From: Candidatus Bathyarchaeota archaeon
Lineage (GTDB): Archaea; Thermoproteota; Bathyarchaeia; TCS64
Assembly: GCA_016783455.1 (NCBI GenBank)
Contig: JADHWN010000001.1
Coordinates: 41,930 to 105,929, forward strand
DNA length: 64,000 bases
Direction of reading: 5' to 3'
Shown: piece after piece, positions 19,606 through 29,303 of the stretch
How positions within the stretch are numbered: the stretch's first letter is position 1
Layout: every line of letters begins with the position of its first letter
Program-made: the position numbers and the translations under genes
The notes under the pieces: model-generated
What the model was told of the DNA's origin: nothing
What the model saw: only the letters and a program-made list of their open reading frames with translations
Database searches by the model: none

Positions 19606-21222
19606 TTGGCTGGGTGGCATGGGGTGGAAGCGGATCTAGCGTTGACCGGGGGCAATGTGGTCACCATGGACGGGGAGGAGTCGATCGCCGAGGCGGTGGC
19701 CGTCAAGTACGGGAGGATCATCAGGGTCGGTGGCTCGTCCGATGTGGAGTCCCTTATCGGCGAGGGGACGAGGGTCATCGACCTCCGGGGCAGGACGGTG
19801 GTGCCGGGGTTCATCGACAGCCACTGCCACATGATGCGGACCGGCGCGGACAGGATGATCAACGTGGACCTCAGCGAGGAGGCCGGGGTCCACTCCATAG
19901 GGGACCTCGTGGAGAGGCTGAAGGAGATGGCCGACGAGACGCCAGAAGGAGAATGGGTGGTCGGCTACCAGGAGGACGACTCCAAGCTCGCCGAGAAGAG
20001 GCATCCGACCAGATGGGACCTGGACGAGGCTAGCACGGAACACCCCATCATCATCTCCACGGTGGGAGGCCACTTCTACGTCGCCAACAGCCTGGCCTTC
20101 GAGCGGGCGGGCGTATCCAAGGACACTCCCGACCCCGTGGGGGGCAAGTTCGACAGGGACCCCGAGACCGGTGAGCCCACCGGGAGCCTCCACGAGAAGG
20201 CCTTCGGTGTCATCAAGCCGGAGGGGCCTTCGGAGCCCACCAGGGAGCAGTCCTACGAGGGGGCCAAGAGGATACTCCAGGAGTGCGCTGAGAACGGGAT
20301 CACCTGTATCTACGATTCGGTGGGGCGCTCCTCGATCAGGGCAGCCCTGGACCTCAGGAACAGGGGGGAGCTTCCCGTCAGGGTGAGGATGGACGCAGTC
20401 ATCGGCCTCTTCCCCGACCTCAACAGGCTGGGCATCTACAGGGGGATGGGGGACGACTGGGTCAGGCTCTGCGGCCTCAAGTTCTTCTTCGATGGGGCCA
20501 TCAGCGCCAGGACGGCTGCGGTCACCGAGCCCTACCTCAACAAGCCCGGCTTCTACGGGGTGATGGCCACGACCCGGGAGATCGCCACCGAGACCATCAT
20601 GGAGGCCTACGCGGAGGGCTACAGGATCTCAGCCCACGCCAACGGGGACGCGGCCATCGCGATGTATCTGGACATCATGGAGGAGGCCCAGTCGCGGTAC
20701 CCCAGGGAGGACCCCCGGAACAGGGACATCCACTGCACCGTGGTCACCCCTGAGCTGGTGGAGCGCATACGAAGGCTGGGGATCCTCCCCACCATCTTCG
20801 GCCCCTACGTCTACTACCACGGGGACAAACTGATACCCGCCTTCGGCGAGGAGCGGCTGGAGCGGATGTTCGCTGCCAGGTGGTTCCTGGACGCCGGGGT
20901 CACCATCACCGCCCACAGCGACCACCCCTGTGCCCCGTATCCGCCCCTGATGGCCGTCCACGGACTCGTGAACAGGACCACCAAGGCGGGGAGGCCCATC
21001 GGAAGGAGCCAGAGGATCTCTGTCGTGGAGGCACTCAAGCTCTACACCACCAACGCGGCGTACCAGAGCTTCGACGAGGACAGGCTGGGCTCCATCGAGG
21101 TGGGGAAGCTGGCCGACATGGTGGTCCTGGGAGAGGACATACTCACGGTCCCCACGGAGAAGATAATCGACATCCCGATCGATATGACTATCGTCGACGG
21201 GAATATTGTCTACGAGCGGTGA
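19606..21222 (+). CDS. Amidohydrolase 3 (YtcJ-like)
   Basis: PGFIDSHCH, KFFFDG, HANGD and GSIEVGKLAD; start may be the GTG at 19624. Confidence 0.9.
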   Translation: MAGWHGVEADLALTGGNVVTMDGEESIAEAVAVKYGRIIRVGGSSDVESLIGEGTRVIDLRGRTVVPGFIDSHCHMMRTGADRMINVDLSEEAGVHSIGDLVERLKEMADETPEGEWVVGYQEDDSKLAEKRHPTRWDLDEASTEHPIIISTVGGHFYVANSLAFERAGVSKDTPDPVGGKFDRDPETGEPTGSLHEKAFGVIKPEGPSEPTREQSYEGAKRILQECAENGITCIYDSVGRSSIRAALDLRNRGELPVRVRMDAVIGLFPDLNRLGIYRGMGDDWVRLCGLKFFFDGAISARTAAVTEPYLNKPGFYGVMATTREIATETIMEAYAEGYRISAHANGDAAIAMYLDIMEEAQSRYPREDPRNRDIHCTVVTPELVERIRRLGILPTIFGPYVYYHGDKLIPAFGEERLERMFAARWFLDAGVTITAHSDHPCAPYPPLMAVHGLVNRTTKAGRPIGRSQRISVVEALKLYTTNAAYQSFDEDRLGSIEVGKLADMVVLGEDILTVPTEKIIDIPIDMTIVDGNIVYER

Positions 21223-21246
21223 GGCTTCCAGGATACCGCGTCGTCC

Positions 21247-22059
21247 CTAGGCTTTTGTCGCCTTGATGCTGTACATGAGGGGTAGGCCGTATCCGGGCAT
21301 GTCGTGGTAGCCATCCTCCCTCCTCTCCATGAAGGCCATCTGGGTGCCGTCGACGCTGTAGGGGTACTCCCCCATCTCGGTGACGGTGAGGCCTGCGGTG
21401 ATCAGGGCGTTCACCACCTCGCTCACGGGATGGGCCCAGTTGTAGGTCCCCCAGTTCTCCACCTTGGCGTCCTGATCGGCGTATGTATTTTCGGACTCAT
21501 AGTAGTCGGGCTCCTCCCCCTGCCAGTAGCTGTACTTGACCTTGAACTCGGAGGGATCCTCAAAGTCGAAGACCCACATGAAGGGGTGGAACTCGGCGAC
21601 GAAGAAGGTGCCCCCGGGCTTGAGGTATCGGGAGACGATTCGGGCCCACTCCCCCATGTCGGGGAGCCAGCAGAGGGCACCGTAGCTCGTGAAGACGATA
21701 TCGAACTCGGCGTCGAGGTTCTCCGGCAGGTCATAGACGTTGCAGCAGACAAACTCAGCGTCGACGCCTATCTTCTTCGCGATCTCCCGTGCAAGCTCGA
21801 TGCCCGTCTCGCTGAAGTCAACGCCAGTCACCTTAGCCCCGAGCCGGGCCCAGCTCAGTGTGTCGAGGCCGAAGTGGCACTGGAGGTGGAGGAGGCTCTT
21901 CCCGGAGACGTCGCCGAAGGCCTCCAGCTCGACGCTGTGGAGGCTGTTCTTCCCAGCGATGAATCCCTCTAGGTCGTACTCCTGGGAGGCGGCGTGGATC
22001 GCCACCAGCTCGTCCCACCTCTTCCTGTTTACATCGTAGTACTTCTCCACGGCGTTCAC
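21247..22059 (-). CDS. Class I SAM-dependent methyltransferase
   Basis: LLHLQCHFGLDT, GVDFS, FDIVFTSYG and LKPGG. Confidence 0.9.
   Translation of the reverse strand: MNAVEKYYDVNRKRWDELVAIHAASQEYDLEGFIAGKNSLHSVELEAFGDVSGKSLLHLQCHFGLDTLSWARLGAKVTGVDFSETGIELAREIAKKIGVDAEFVCCNVYDLPENLDAEFDIVFTSYGALCWLPDMGEWARIVSRYLKPGGTFFVAEFHPFMWVFDFEDPSEFKVKYSYWQGEEPDYYESENTYADQDAKVENWGTYNWAHPVSEVVNALITAGLTVTEMGEYPYSVDGTQMAFMERREDGYHDMPGYGLPLMYSIKATKA
21860..21909. repeat. 50-nt exact repeat shared with 39430-39479
   Basis: gtgtcgaggcc...cccggagac is identical in the two methyltransferase paralogs. Confidence 0.85.
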
Positions 22060-22127
22060 CTATGCGCATCCCATCCTCGTGCCGATTATTTCAATATAAC
22101 TGCGAACGAAATGAATGGAAAGTTAGA

Positions 22128-23708
22128 TTAGTAAAGGAGGCCTTCGTCCTTCTTCTCGGCCTCGGCCTTCTCCCGGGCCTCCCTGAGGAGCCCGTAGATG
22201 TCGGGGGTGCGCCCTCCGTGGCGGGTCTCCCTCATGGCGGTGCGGATCATGACCGGGACGGGGACGAAGGGCCCCACCAACACGGCCTCCCCCTGCTCCA
22301 GGGCGGGGAGGTCCCCAAGGAGGTCCTCGCTGAAGGACTCCGAGGCGGCCTGGATCGTCCTCTGGTCCTGGCTGTTCACGATGCGGAGGATGGCGAGGTT
22401 GCTGCAGTTCGCCAAGATGTCCGGGTCTAAGCGGCGGGGCCTCTGGCTGATGACCGTGAGGAAGACGCCGAACTTAGCGCCCTCGGCGGCGATCCTCGCC
22501 AGGATGTCCCTGCTGAACTTTCCGCCTCCCTCGTCGGGTGGAGACGCGAATCGGTGGGCCTCCTCGACGAAGACGAATATGGGTGGTCTTGCCCAGGGCT
22601 CCTTGCGGAACTTGGCGTTCCAGATGCGGCGGAGGAGCATGCCGACGACGACGTCCTGGACGTAGTCGGTCATGCCGCTGAGGAAGATGTCGGACATGTG
22701 CTGGGGCTGGAAGAACCTGCGGACGTCGACGTCGCCCTCGGTGAAGATACCGCGGCGTCCCAGGTCCTCGAGGCGCATGATGACCCGTGAGATGCGCTCC
22801 TTGCCCTCCGCCTTCTGGGCCTCCATCTCCGCCTCAAGGTTGTCGATGATGTCCTCCAGCGTGTACTTGGGATTCTCCGCCCTCGCCTTCCGCACGGCGC
22901 GGCGGAGGAGGATAGTCTGGAGGCTGCCGGTGATCCTGGCGAGGGCGAGGAGCTCGGGGAGGCTGCAGCCTGAGACGCTGAGGCGGAGGGGGACGACGTG
23001 GGGGGCCTCGTACGCCTCGGCGGACTCGGGGCGGTAGACCGTGACCTTGTCGTGGAACTCGTCGCTGAGACGGCCCTCCGGGTCCTGGGTCATGTTGGCG
23101 TAGTCGCCGTGGGCGTCGATGACGAGGACCGTGGCCCCCTGCCTCAGGAGCTCCTCGATGATTCGGCCGGCGAACCAGCTCTTGCCGTAGCGGGTCATGG
23201 CGAGGATGGCGGTGTGCCTGTGGAGCTCCCTGCCGCTGAGGGGGATCTTCACCGACTCCCTGTGGAGGAGGTGGCCCACGTCTAGGGGGAGGTCCCGCTC
23301 CTGTAGGGTGAATAGCTCCTTGAGGAGAGCGTCGGTGGCCCTCTTCACGGGGGTTCCGGGCATCGGGGGGGTGCGGGGTCTCCGGACGTCGCGCCTCCCG
23401 TGCTCCTCGTGGATGTAGCCCAGGATCTTGACCGAGGCGATCACCTGGAGCATCTCGTCTCCGAGGCCGATCTCCCTCTGCTTCCAGACCGCCCCGGGGG
23501 TGGTGCGCTGGTCGTAGAAGGGGTGGCGGCTGTAGAGGCTCTTCACCTGGCCCAGGACGTCCACCTTCCTAGCGGTGCCGTCCGGGAGCTGCTCCTCGAG
23601 CTCTATCTGGACGTACTCGTAGCTCCGGGGCTTGGCGTCGGGGCTGGCGATGTTGAACTCGAAGAAGTTGGGGTTCGCTTGGCCGATTATCACTCCGTAC
23701 TCAGTCAT
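22128..23708 (-). CDS. herA: HerA-family ATPase/helicase
   Basis: Start MTEYG; HAS-barrel-like N-terminus; HTAILAMTRYGKS, IDAHGDY, VEEAHRFA, EGAKFG and SQRP. Confidence 0.85.
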   Translation of the reverse strand: MTEYGVIIGQANPNFFEFNIASPDAKPRSYEYVQIELEEQLPDGTARKVDVLGQVKSLYSRHPFYDQRTTPGAVWKQREIGLGDEMLQVIASVKILGYIHEEHGRRDVRRPRTPPMPGTPVKRATDALLKELFTLQERDLPLDVGHLLHRESVKIPLSGRELHRHTAILAMTRYGKSWFAGRIIEELLRQGATVLVIDAHGDYANMTQDPEGRLSDEFHDKVTVYRPESAEAYEAPHVVPLRLSVSGCSLPELLALARITGSLQTILLRRAVRKARAENPKYTLEDIIDNLEAEMEAQKAEGKERISRVIMRLEDLGRRGIFTEGDVDVRRFFQPQHMSDIFLSGMTDYVQDVVVGMLLRRIWNAKFRKEPWARPPIFVFVEEAHRFASPPDEGGGKFSRDILARIAAEGAKFGVFLTVISQRPRRLDPDILANCSNLAILRIVNSQDQRTIQAASESFSEDLLGDLPALEQGEAVLVGPFVPVPVMIRTAMRETRHGGRTPDIYGLLREAREKAEAEKKDEGLLY

Positions 23709-24997
23709 CAGTCTATCTCCCTCAGGGAACGTCGGGTGCCCCGTATGTCGAGTCCCGCCTCCTCGAGGCGTCGGACGATGAAGGGCTCGTACCTGCTCGT
23801 GTAGAGGTTCCTGTCGAAGCGGGCGAGGGTGTCCGTCTGCTTCAGGGGGAGGTTGTACTCGACGTCGTTGCAGTACCAGTGGAGGAGGTGGTTCAAGACC
23901 TTTTCGAGGGGCCCCGCCTCCCCCTCGTGGAACCTGTTCCCCGCCTGGTTGATCCAGGGCTCGTGGTGGCCGAGGCTGTGGGCGGCGAGGTCGACCCTGA
24001 AAGGGCGGGCGTCCGAAGTGGGCTTCCAGTAGGTGGTGGCTACCCCAGGGCACTGGAAGAAGGTGCTTATGGAGGTGATGATGGACTCTGCGGTCTCCGC
24101 TGGGAGAGTCCTCCGTATACGCGTGTAGAGGGCTGGGGCGTTCTCCCGCCCGTAGTAGATGGAGGGGGCGAGGAGCAGGGGCCGGGTGTACCCCTCGGCG
24201 GGGGCGCACACGTCGACGAGGTGGGTGTCGCAGAGGGGGCGGGCGTCGAGGAAGGGCTTCAGTGCCTCCCGGTCCGCTGCGTCCCAGGCCTCCATGCGGA
24301 TGCCGAGGTCGAGGGGGGTAGGCGCGTCCTTTAGGAGGGTGGCGGTCCTGCTCAGCCCGGCGTCACGTAGGGCCCTCCTGAGGAGGTGCATGTGGAGGTA
24401 GAAGACGGTGGAGTCCTTGGAGACGGCGGCGAGTGGGAAGCCGTTGTCGTACGCCAGCCGGCGGAGGTCGGCGAGGCTCGTGAAGAAGTCCCGGAGGAGC
24501 ACGGGGTGGTGGCGGTACTCGCGGATGGCGTAGGGGAACCGGGCGATGTAGAGGCTGCCGTCCAGGAGGACCAGGGGCCTCAAGCCCGCGTCGAGGGCCT
24601 TCCGGGCCGCCTGAGCTGCCGCGTCGTACTCGGCGATGATGCGGGCGTATCCCGGGATGAACCCCCTGTCCCGGTTGTCGTATGTGTCCTGGACGTTGAT
24701 CTTGACAGTCTTGGTGAGAGTAGGCTGCTGCCCGGGAGTGTGGGTGATGGCGAGGGCCCGGGCGACGGCGATGAATCCTCCGTAGGCGTACCGGGACTGC
24801 TGGACGCCCCCGTCGACGGAGATGAGGGCGTGAGGGCGGTCGTCGGTGTCGGCTTCGTGGGGCGTCCAGTGCTTCAGGAGGGTGTCTGAGAGGGCGGGGG
24901 GCGTCCCGGGCTCCTCCTGGTCGGCCTGGAGGTCCTTTGTGACTCGTTCCAGCTCGTCGTAGAACTCGTCGAAGAATAGGTCTCGTACTTGGGACAT
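23708..24997 (-). CDS. nurA: NurA-family 5'-3' nuclease
   Basis: Start MSQVRD; SVDGG, LLDGSL and VSKDS motifs; stop overlaps the herA start (TGATG). Confidence 0.8.
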   Translation of the reverse strand: MSQVRDLFFDEFYDELERVTKDLQADQEEPGTPPALSDTLLKHWTPHEADTDDRPHALISVDGGVQQSRYAYGGFIAVARALAITHTPGQQPTLTKTVKINVQDTYDNRDRGFIPGYARIIAEYDAAAQAARKALDAGLRPLVLLDGSLYIARFPYAIREYRHHPVLLRDFFTSLADLRRLAYDNGFPLAAVSKDSTVFYLHMHLLRRALRDAGLSRTATLLKDAPTPLDLGIRMEAWDAADREALKPFLDARPLCDTHLVDVCAPAEGYTRPLLLAPSIYYGRENAPALYTRIRRTLPAETAESIITSISTFFQCPGVATTYWKPTSDARPFRVDLAAHSLGHHEPWINQAGNRFHEGEAGPLEKVLNHLLHWYCNDVEYNLPLKQTDTLARFDRNLYTSRYEPFIVRRLEEAGLDIRGTRRSLREID

Positions 24998-25148
24998 TCC
25001 GTGTCGTCTGAAGATTGTGTGTCTAGGCTTAAATCTTTGAGAGGTGGATGAAAGTGCTCCGAGGGGGTGGTTCGTGCATAACCGGAGGTCAACCGGTTGT
25101 TCATCGCACGTGAATAGAAATATTAGCGTTAACGCCGTAGGGCATATC

Positions 25149-26513
25149 ATGGTTGATTTTTCGGAGATACTTGAGAAGGTACCCGACTGGAAGGCGTACC
25201 ACACCATCGATGAGCTGCATGAGAGCTCGGCGAGGCTCGCGAACGAGTACCCCGACCAGGTGGAGCTCATGGTCCTGGGGAGGTCCGCCCAGGGCGAGGA
25301 CATCGACTGCCTGAAGATAGGTGAAGGCAGGTACAACGCGTTGATCCACGGGTTCCCCAACTGCGAGGAGCCCTTCGGCGGGAACCTCCTGGACTACCTC
25401 TCCTGGGCCCTGGTGGAGCATCCCGAGGTCACGGAGAAGCTCGACTACACCTGGTACCTCATCAAGTGCAGCGACCCCGACGGTGCGAGGCGGAACGAGG
25501 GCTTCCACGGGGGCCCCCACACACCCATGAACTTCACAATGAACTACTACAGGACCCCAAACAAGGGGACCCCCGATAGCTGCTTCCCCTTCAGGTTCGG
25601 GCCCATGGACATGGACTCTCCTGTGCCGGAGACACGGGCCCTGATGGAGGTGATGGACAGGGTGCCCATGACCTTCGTGAGCAGCCTCCACATGATGAAG
25701 TGGGGCGGGATAACCTACGAGGTGCCTCATCCCTGCCCTGAGCTCTACGCCCCCCTCTGGAACGTGGCGAAGCAGTTCCACGTCTTCCCCAGGAAGCGGC
25801 TGGGGACCACTCTGGCTCCTGGGATACAGCAGGCAGCGTACCTGGCCCCCTCCCGGGGGTGGATAAGGCAGTGGGCCGCGGGGAACACCAACATCGAGCC
25901 ACTGCCCGGGTGCAACCTCTACGAGTACGGGCAGATGCTGAACCCCGACATGTTCATCATGATCCCCGAGTGCTGCATCTGGTACGACCCCCGGATGTGG
26001 GACGACTCCCCCAGCGAGACCACCCTTGGCTACTCCCTGGAGTACGCCCACGAGAGGTCGACTGAGGTGAGCAACTTCAGCCTCGACGTCTGGAACAGAG
26101 CCCTCCCCGACCTGAAGGTGGAGTCGCCGTACAAGGACATGATGGACGACTGGATGGAGCCCATCATCAAGAAGTACACCAACGTCAGCAACCCCCCCTT
26201 CACATTCGACCCCGAGGTCCACGCCAGGAAGGCCACCGTCGCCGAGAAGATCGGAGTCGAGGGCCGGGACGACCTCTACAGGATGTTCTACCTGGGAGGG
26301 ATGATACGGACCATCGACGCGGAGCTGGAGGCCGACGGTAGCGAGAGGCTCACCGGGCTCCGAGGCGAGGTGATGGCGAAGATCCAGGAGTACGACGAGT
26401 TCCTCCACGCCAACTACGACATCGTAGCCCACCCCCTCAGGAACCTGGTGGGGATGAGCCTGGGCTCACTGCTCCACAGCGCCCTCTACGCCAAGACCAG
26501 GCAGACCAAATAG
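25149..26513 (+). CDS. M14 zinc-carboxypeptidase-like protein
   Basis: LGRSAQG, DPDG, PETRAL and SLH motifs; start placed at MVDFS. Confidence 0.75.
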   Translation: MVDFSEILEKVPDWKAYHTIDELHESSARLANEYPDQVELMVLGRSAQGEDIDCLKIGEGRYNALIHGFPNCEEPFGGNLLDYLSWALVEHPEVTEKLDYTWYLIKCSDPDGARRNEGFHGGPHTPMNFTMNYYRTPNKGTPDSCFPFRFGPMDMDSPVPETRALMEVMDRVPMTFVSSLHMMKWGGITYEVPHPCPELYAPLWNVAKQFHVFPRKRLGTTLAPGIQQAAYLAPSRGWIRQWAAGNTNIEPLPGCNLYEYGQMLNPDMFIMIPECCIWYDPRMWDDSPSETTLGYSLEYAHERSTEVSNFSLDVWNRALPDLKVESPYKDMMDDWMEPIIKKYTNVSNPPFTFDPEVHARKATVAEKIGVEGRDDLYRMFYLGGMIRTIDAELEADGSERLTGLRGEVMAKIQEYDEFLHANYDIVAHPLRNLVGMSLGSLLHSALYAKTRQTK

Positions 26514-26548
26514 AATCTCGGGGGGGTCTCCTCCCCCACACGTTTTTT

Positions 26549-27430
26549 CTAGGGAGTTTCGCCCATCCGGTGTAGGTCGGCCTCTGCGATTATGTATCCG
26601 AAGCCTGACCAGGCGTCGGTGGAGACCACCTCCTTGAGGAGCTCCACGTACCTCTCCTCCTGGCCGTTGAACCTGAACCAGTTGGCGATGCCGTTCCCCG
26701 AGGCGGTGACCCCGAGGCTGCTCTCCTCCCGGGCCGCACTGAGGATCGCCTCGGCGTCCATCTCCCCCTTGTGGGCGAGGAGGCAGTGGTGGTAGTTGGC
26801 GCTGACGTGTATCTCCATGTCCGCCGTGATGGTCTCCAGAAGCGCGGACGCCTCCCCCTCCTCCCCCAGGCGCCTCAGGATCATGTAGAGCCAGTAGGCC
26901 CCCATAATCGTGTGGTCGTCATTCCTCGCCACCTCGATGAGCCTCCTGAAGGAGCCCGCGGCCTCGTCGAGCTCCCCCTTGGCGTAGTAGGCCAGCCCCA
27001 TGTGGTAGTAGGTGTTGGTGTGGAGGGAGTAGATCTCCAGGTGCTCGCTGCCCGGGAGCCCGCTGTACTCGACTTCATCAGGTTTCCCTGTCATGTGCTT
27101 GACCGCGAGGCGGGAGTCCTCGATGGCGTGGTCGAAGAGACGGAGGGTGAGAAACCTGTGGGCCCTGTGCCTGTAAAGCCACGGGTCCTCCGAAGCCCTC
27201 TCCAGCCCCATGGTGAATATGGCGACTGCCCTGCGGTACTGACCCATGTACGCGTACTGGCGTCCCAGATGGATGATCCTCTCTACGTCCTCGGGGTCCT
27301 CTCTCCAGTCCTTCAGCGCCTGATCTAGCTTCTCCTGCTGCTTCTTCGCGAGGTCGGGGCGGTAGGGTACGTGGTACAGGGGTCTCCTGAACAGAGTGAA
27401 GGCCTCTGGTACGCCTGGAAGCTCAACCAA
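26549..27430 (-). CDS. Tetratricopeptide-repeat protein
   Basis: Helical TPR-like repeats, e.g. YYHMGLAYYAKG. Confidence 0.7.
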   Translation of the reverse strand: MVELPGVPEAFTLFRRPLYHVPYRPDLAKKQQEKLDQALKDWREDPEDVERIIHLGRQYAYMGQYRRAVAIFTMGLERASEDPWLYRHRAHRFLTLRLFDHAIEDSRLAVKHMTGKPDEVEYSGLPGSEHLEIYSLHTNTYYHMGLAYYAKGELDEAAGSFRRLIEVARNDDHTIMGAYWLYMILRRLGEEGEASALLETITADMEIHVSANYHHCLLAHKGEMDAEAILSAAREESSLGVTASGNGIANWFRFNGQEERYVELLKEVVSTDAWSGFGYIIAEADLHRMGETP

Positions 27431-27591
27431 TTAAGATCAGAGGTAATGTGGTGACCATTCGTAGTTAACGTTTCTTTTTACTATGGTGTGCGGGTGCGTG
27501 TGGGATTTGAGACACCTAGATATGATACAGGTTGAGAAGACCTTCGACCTGCGCGCGCCTCGGTCAGTACAACACCCGTTGTATGTGTTCG

Positions 27592-27852
27592 CTACTCCTC
27601 AAGCAGTCTGTTGATCCGGTCGACGCTCTCTTCAATGGACGACAGCCTCTTGGTGAAGTCAGTCAGGTCTTCTGAGAGCTTGTCGATTGACTCCCCCTCC
27701 GGCCTCTGCTTTACGATGTGCGCCGTCATCATGAGCGCGGCGAAGACCAGCCAGAGCGAAGCCCCGGCCAGGTATTCTGTGTAGTTGAATATGCCTATGA
27801 TCCCTGCCATCCCGACCCAGACCCCTACGATTGCGGTTCCTCTATAATCCAT
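27592..27852 (-). CDS. Small two-TM membrane protein with C-terminal coiled coil
   Basis: Two hydrophobic helices; overlaps the ArsR gene stop. Confidence 0.65.
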   Translation of the reverse strand: MDYRGTAIVGVWVGMAGIIGIFNYTEYLAGASLWLVFAALMMTAHIVKQRPEGESIDKLSEDLTDFTKRLSSIEESVDRINRLLEE

Positions 27853-28141
27853 CTTTTTCCCTCCTTTTTCTCAGTTCTTCAGGCGATATCTCGATGTGGA
27901 AGTCCCTGAGCTTGTAGTACCTCAGCGCCCGGGCCTCGTCCTCCAGGGTCACGACCCTGGTCTCGACGAGGCCGGCCTCCCTGAGCTTCTTGAGGTGCAC
28001 CTTGGCGAGGGCCCTGCTGATCCCAACGTCCTTGGCTATGCCGCTCAGGTAGCTCTCGCCCTCCGTGAGTGAGGACAGTATCTGGAGCCTTGAGATGTGC
28101 CCCAGCGCCTTGAGCTTGGACGCCAGCTCTTCGATTTCCAC
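27842..28141 (-). CDS. ArsR/SmtB-family winged-helix regulator
   Basis: LKALGHISRLQIL and HLKKLREAGLV; start placed at GTG 28141. Confidence 0.85.
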   Translation of the reverse strand: MEIEELASKLKALGHISRLQILSSLTEGESYLSGIAKDVGISRALAKVHLKKLREAGLVETRVVTLEDEARALRYYKLRDFHIEISPEELRKRREKDGL

Positions 28142-28161
28142 GTCTACACGCCTACGGAAAC

Positions 28162-28181
28162 ATGTAATAATTTGATTACAT
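28162..28181. promoter_or_regulatory. Palindromic operator upstream of the ArsR gene
   Basis: ATGTAAT-N6-ATTACAT, abutting a minus-strand TTATA box. Confidence 0.6.
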
Positions 28182-28282
28182 ATAAGCATTATGTTTCAGG
28201 TAAGGATTCAATATATCATGGAGAACGCCGTCATCGCGGGGACACGTGGGGTTATAAAACCAGAAACCCAGTACAGGGTGAG

Positions 28283-29260
28283 ATGACCATCGACCTATCC
28301 GGCGTCTTCGACGTGACCGAGATCTGGGCGGCCCGGAAGAGGATCTCGGGGATCGTCTACAGGACGCCGCTCGTCTACTCCAGCGGCCTCAGCGAGAGGA
28401 CGGGGAGCCAGGTCTACCTGAAGATGGAGTGCTGGCAGAGGTGCGGGTGCTTCAAGGTGAGGGGGGCCGTGAACCACGTCTCGTCCCTGACGCCCGAGGA
28501 GAGGGGGCGGGGGCTGGTCACCGCCTCCAGCGGGAACCACGCGCTGGCCGTGGCCTTCGCCTCGCAGCTGTTCGGGGATCATCCGACCAGGATCTACGTC
28601 CCGGAGGACGTCGACCCCGCTAAGGTGAAACGGATTCTGGCCTGGGGTCCGGACCTCGTGTACCACGGCAGGAGCTTCCAGGAGACCTTCGACGAGGCGC
28701 GGCGATACGCTAAGGAGAACGGGTCAGTTTTCGTTCACAGCCACGCGGATCCCAAGGTGATCGCTGGGCAGGGCACCATCGGCCTGGAGGTCATGGAGGA
28801 CCTACCCGACGCCGAGGCGATCATCGTCCCAATAGGTGGGGGAGGGCTGGTCTCGGGGATATCGTCGGCGGTGAAGACCGTCTCGGAGGAGGTCAAGGTC
28901 TACGGCGTGGAGCCGACGGCCGCCCCGGGGGCCTACAGGTCCCTGAGGGAGGGGGTGTGCCATGAGACTCTGGATGTGAGTGAGAGCATCGCCGACGGAT
29001 TGCTGGGGGGGTTCGGGAGGCTGCCCTTTGAGATCTGCAGGCGGACGGTGGACGACACGTTCCTAGTCGATGATGGGGAGATCGTGGAGGCCATGGCTGC
29101 GTTCCAGCAGGAGGAGCAGGTGATGGTGGAGCCCGCTTCGTCGGTGGGGCTCGCTGCCATGCTCTCCGGTAAGATCAGGTTGCAGGACAGGAAGGTCGTG
29201 CTGGTGGTCACGAGCAGAAACATCGATGCGTCAAGATACAACCAGCTCATTAAACTCTAA
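28283..29260 (+). CDS. Threonine/serine dehydratase (serine racemase-like)
   Basis: YLKMEC..GCFKVRGA, ASSGNHA, GQGTIGLE and PIGGGGL; start placed at MTIDL. Confidence 0.9.
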   Translation: MTIDLSGVFDVTEIWAARKRISGIVYRTPLVYSSGLSERTGSQVYLKMECWQRCGCFKVRGAVNHVSSLTPEERGRGLVTASSGNHALAVAFASQLFGDHPTRIYVPEDVDPAKVKRILAWGPDLVYHGRSFQETFDEARRYAKENGSVFVHSHADPKVIAGQGTIGLEVMEDLPDAEAIIVPIGGGGLVSGISSAVKTVSEEVKVYGVEPTAAPGAYRSLREGVCHETLDVSESIADGLLGGFGRLPFEICRRTVDDTFLVDDGEIVEAMAAFQQEEQVMVEPASSVGLAAMLSGKIRLQDRKVVLVVTSRNIDASRYNQLIKL

Positions 29261-29303
29261 CATTAATATTTCAGTCACACCTAGAACCCCACAGGTGTAA
29301 CTC

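Noticed and set aside
23709-24209. N-terminal extension of HerA (693-aa ORF)
   Set aside because: It overlaps nurA in another frame; the TGATG-coupled start at 23708 is more plausible.
24998-25360. N-terminal extensions of NurA and the M14-like ORF
   Set aside because: They overlap each other divergently and cross an AT-rich promoter-like gap.
25101-26432. Long antisense ORFs (also 1614-2609, 9422-10366, 16508-17560 and others)
   Set aside because: Shadow frames of GC-rich genes, with no recognisable motifs.
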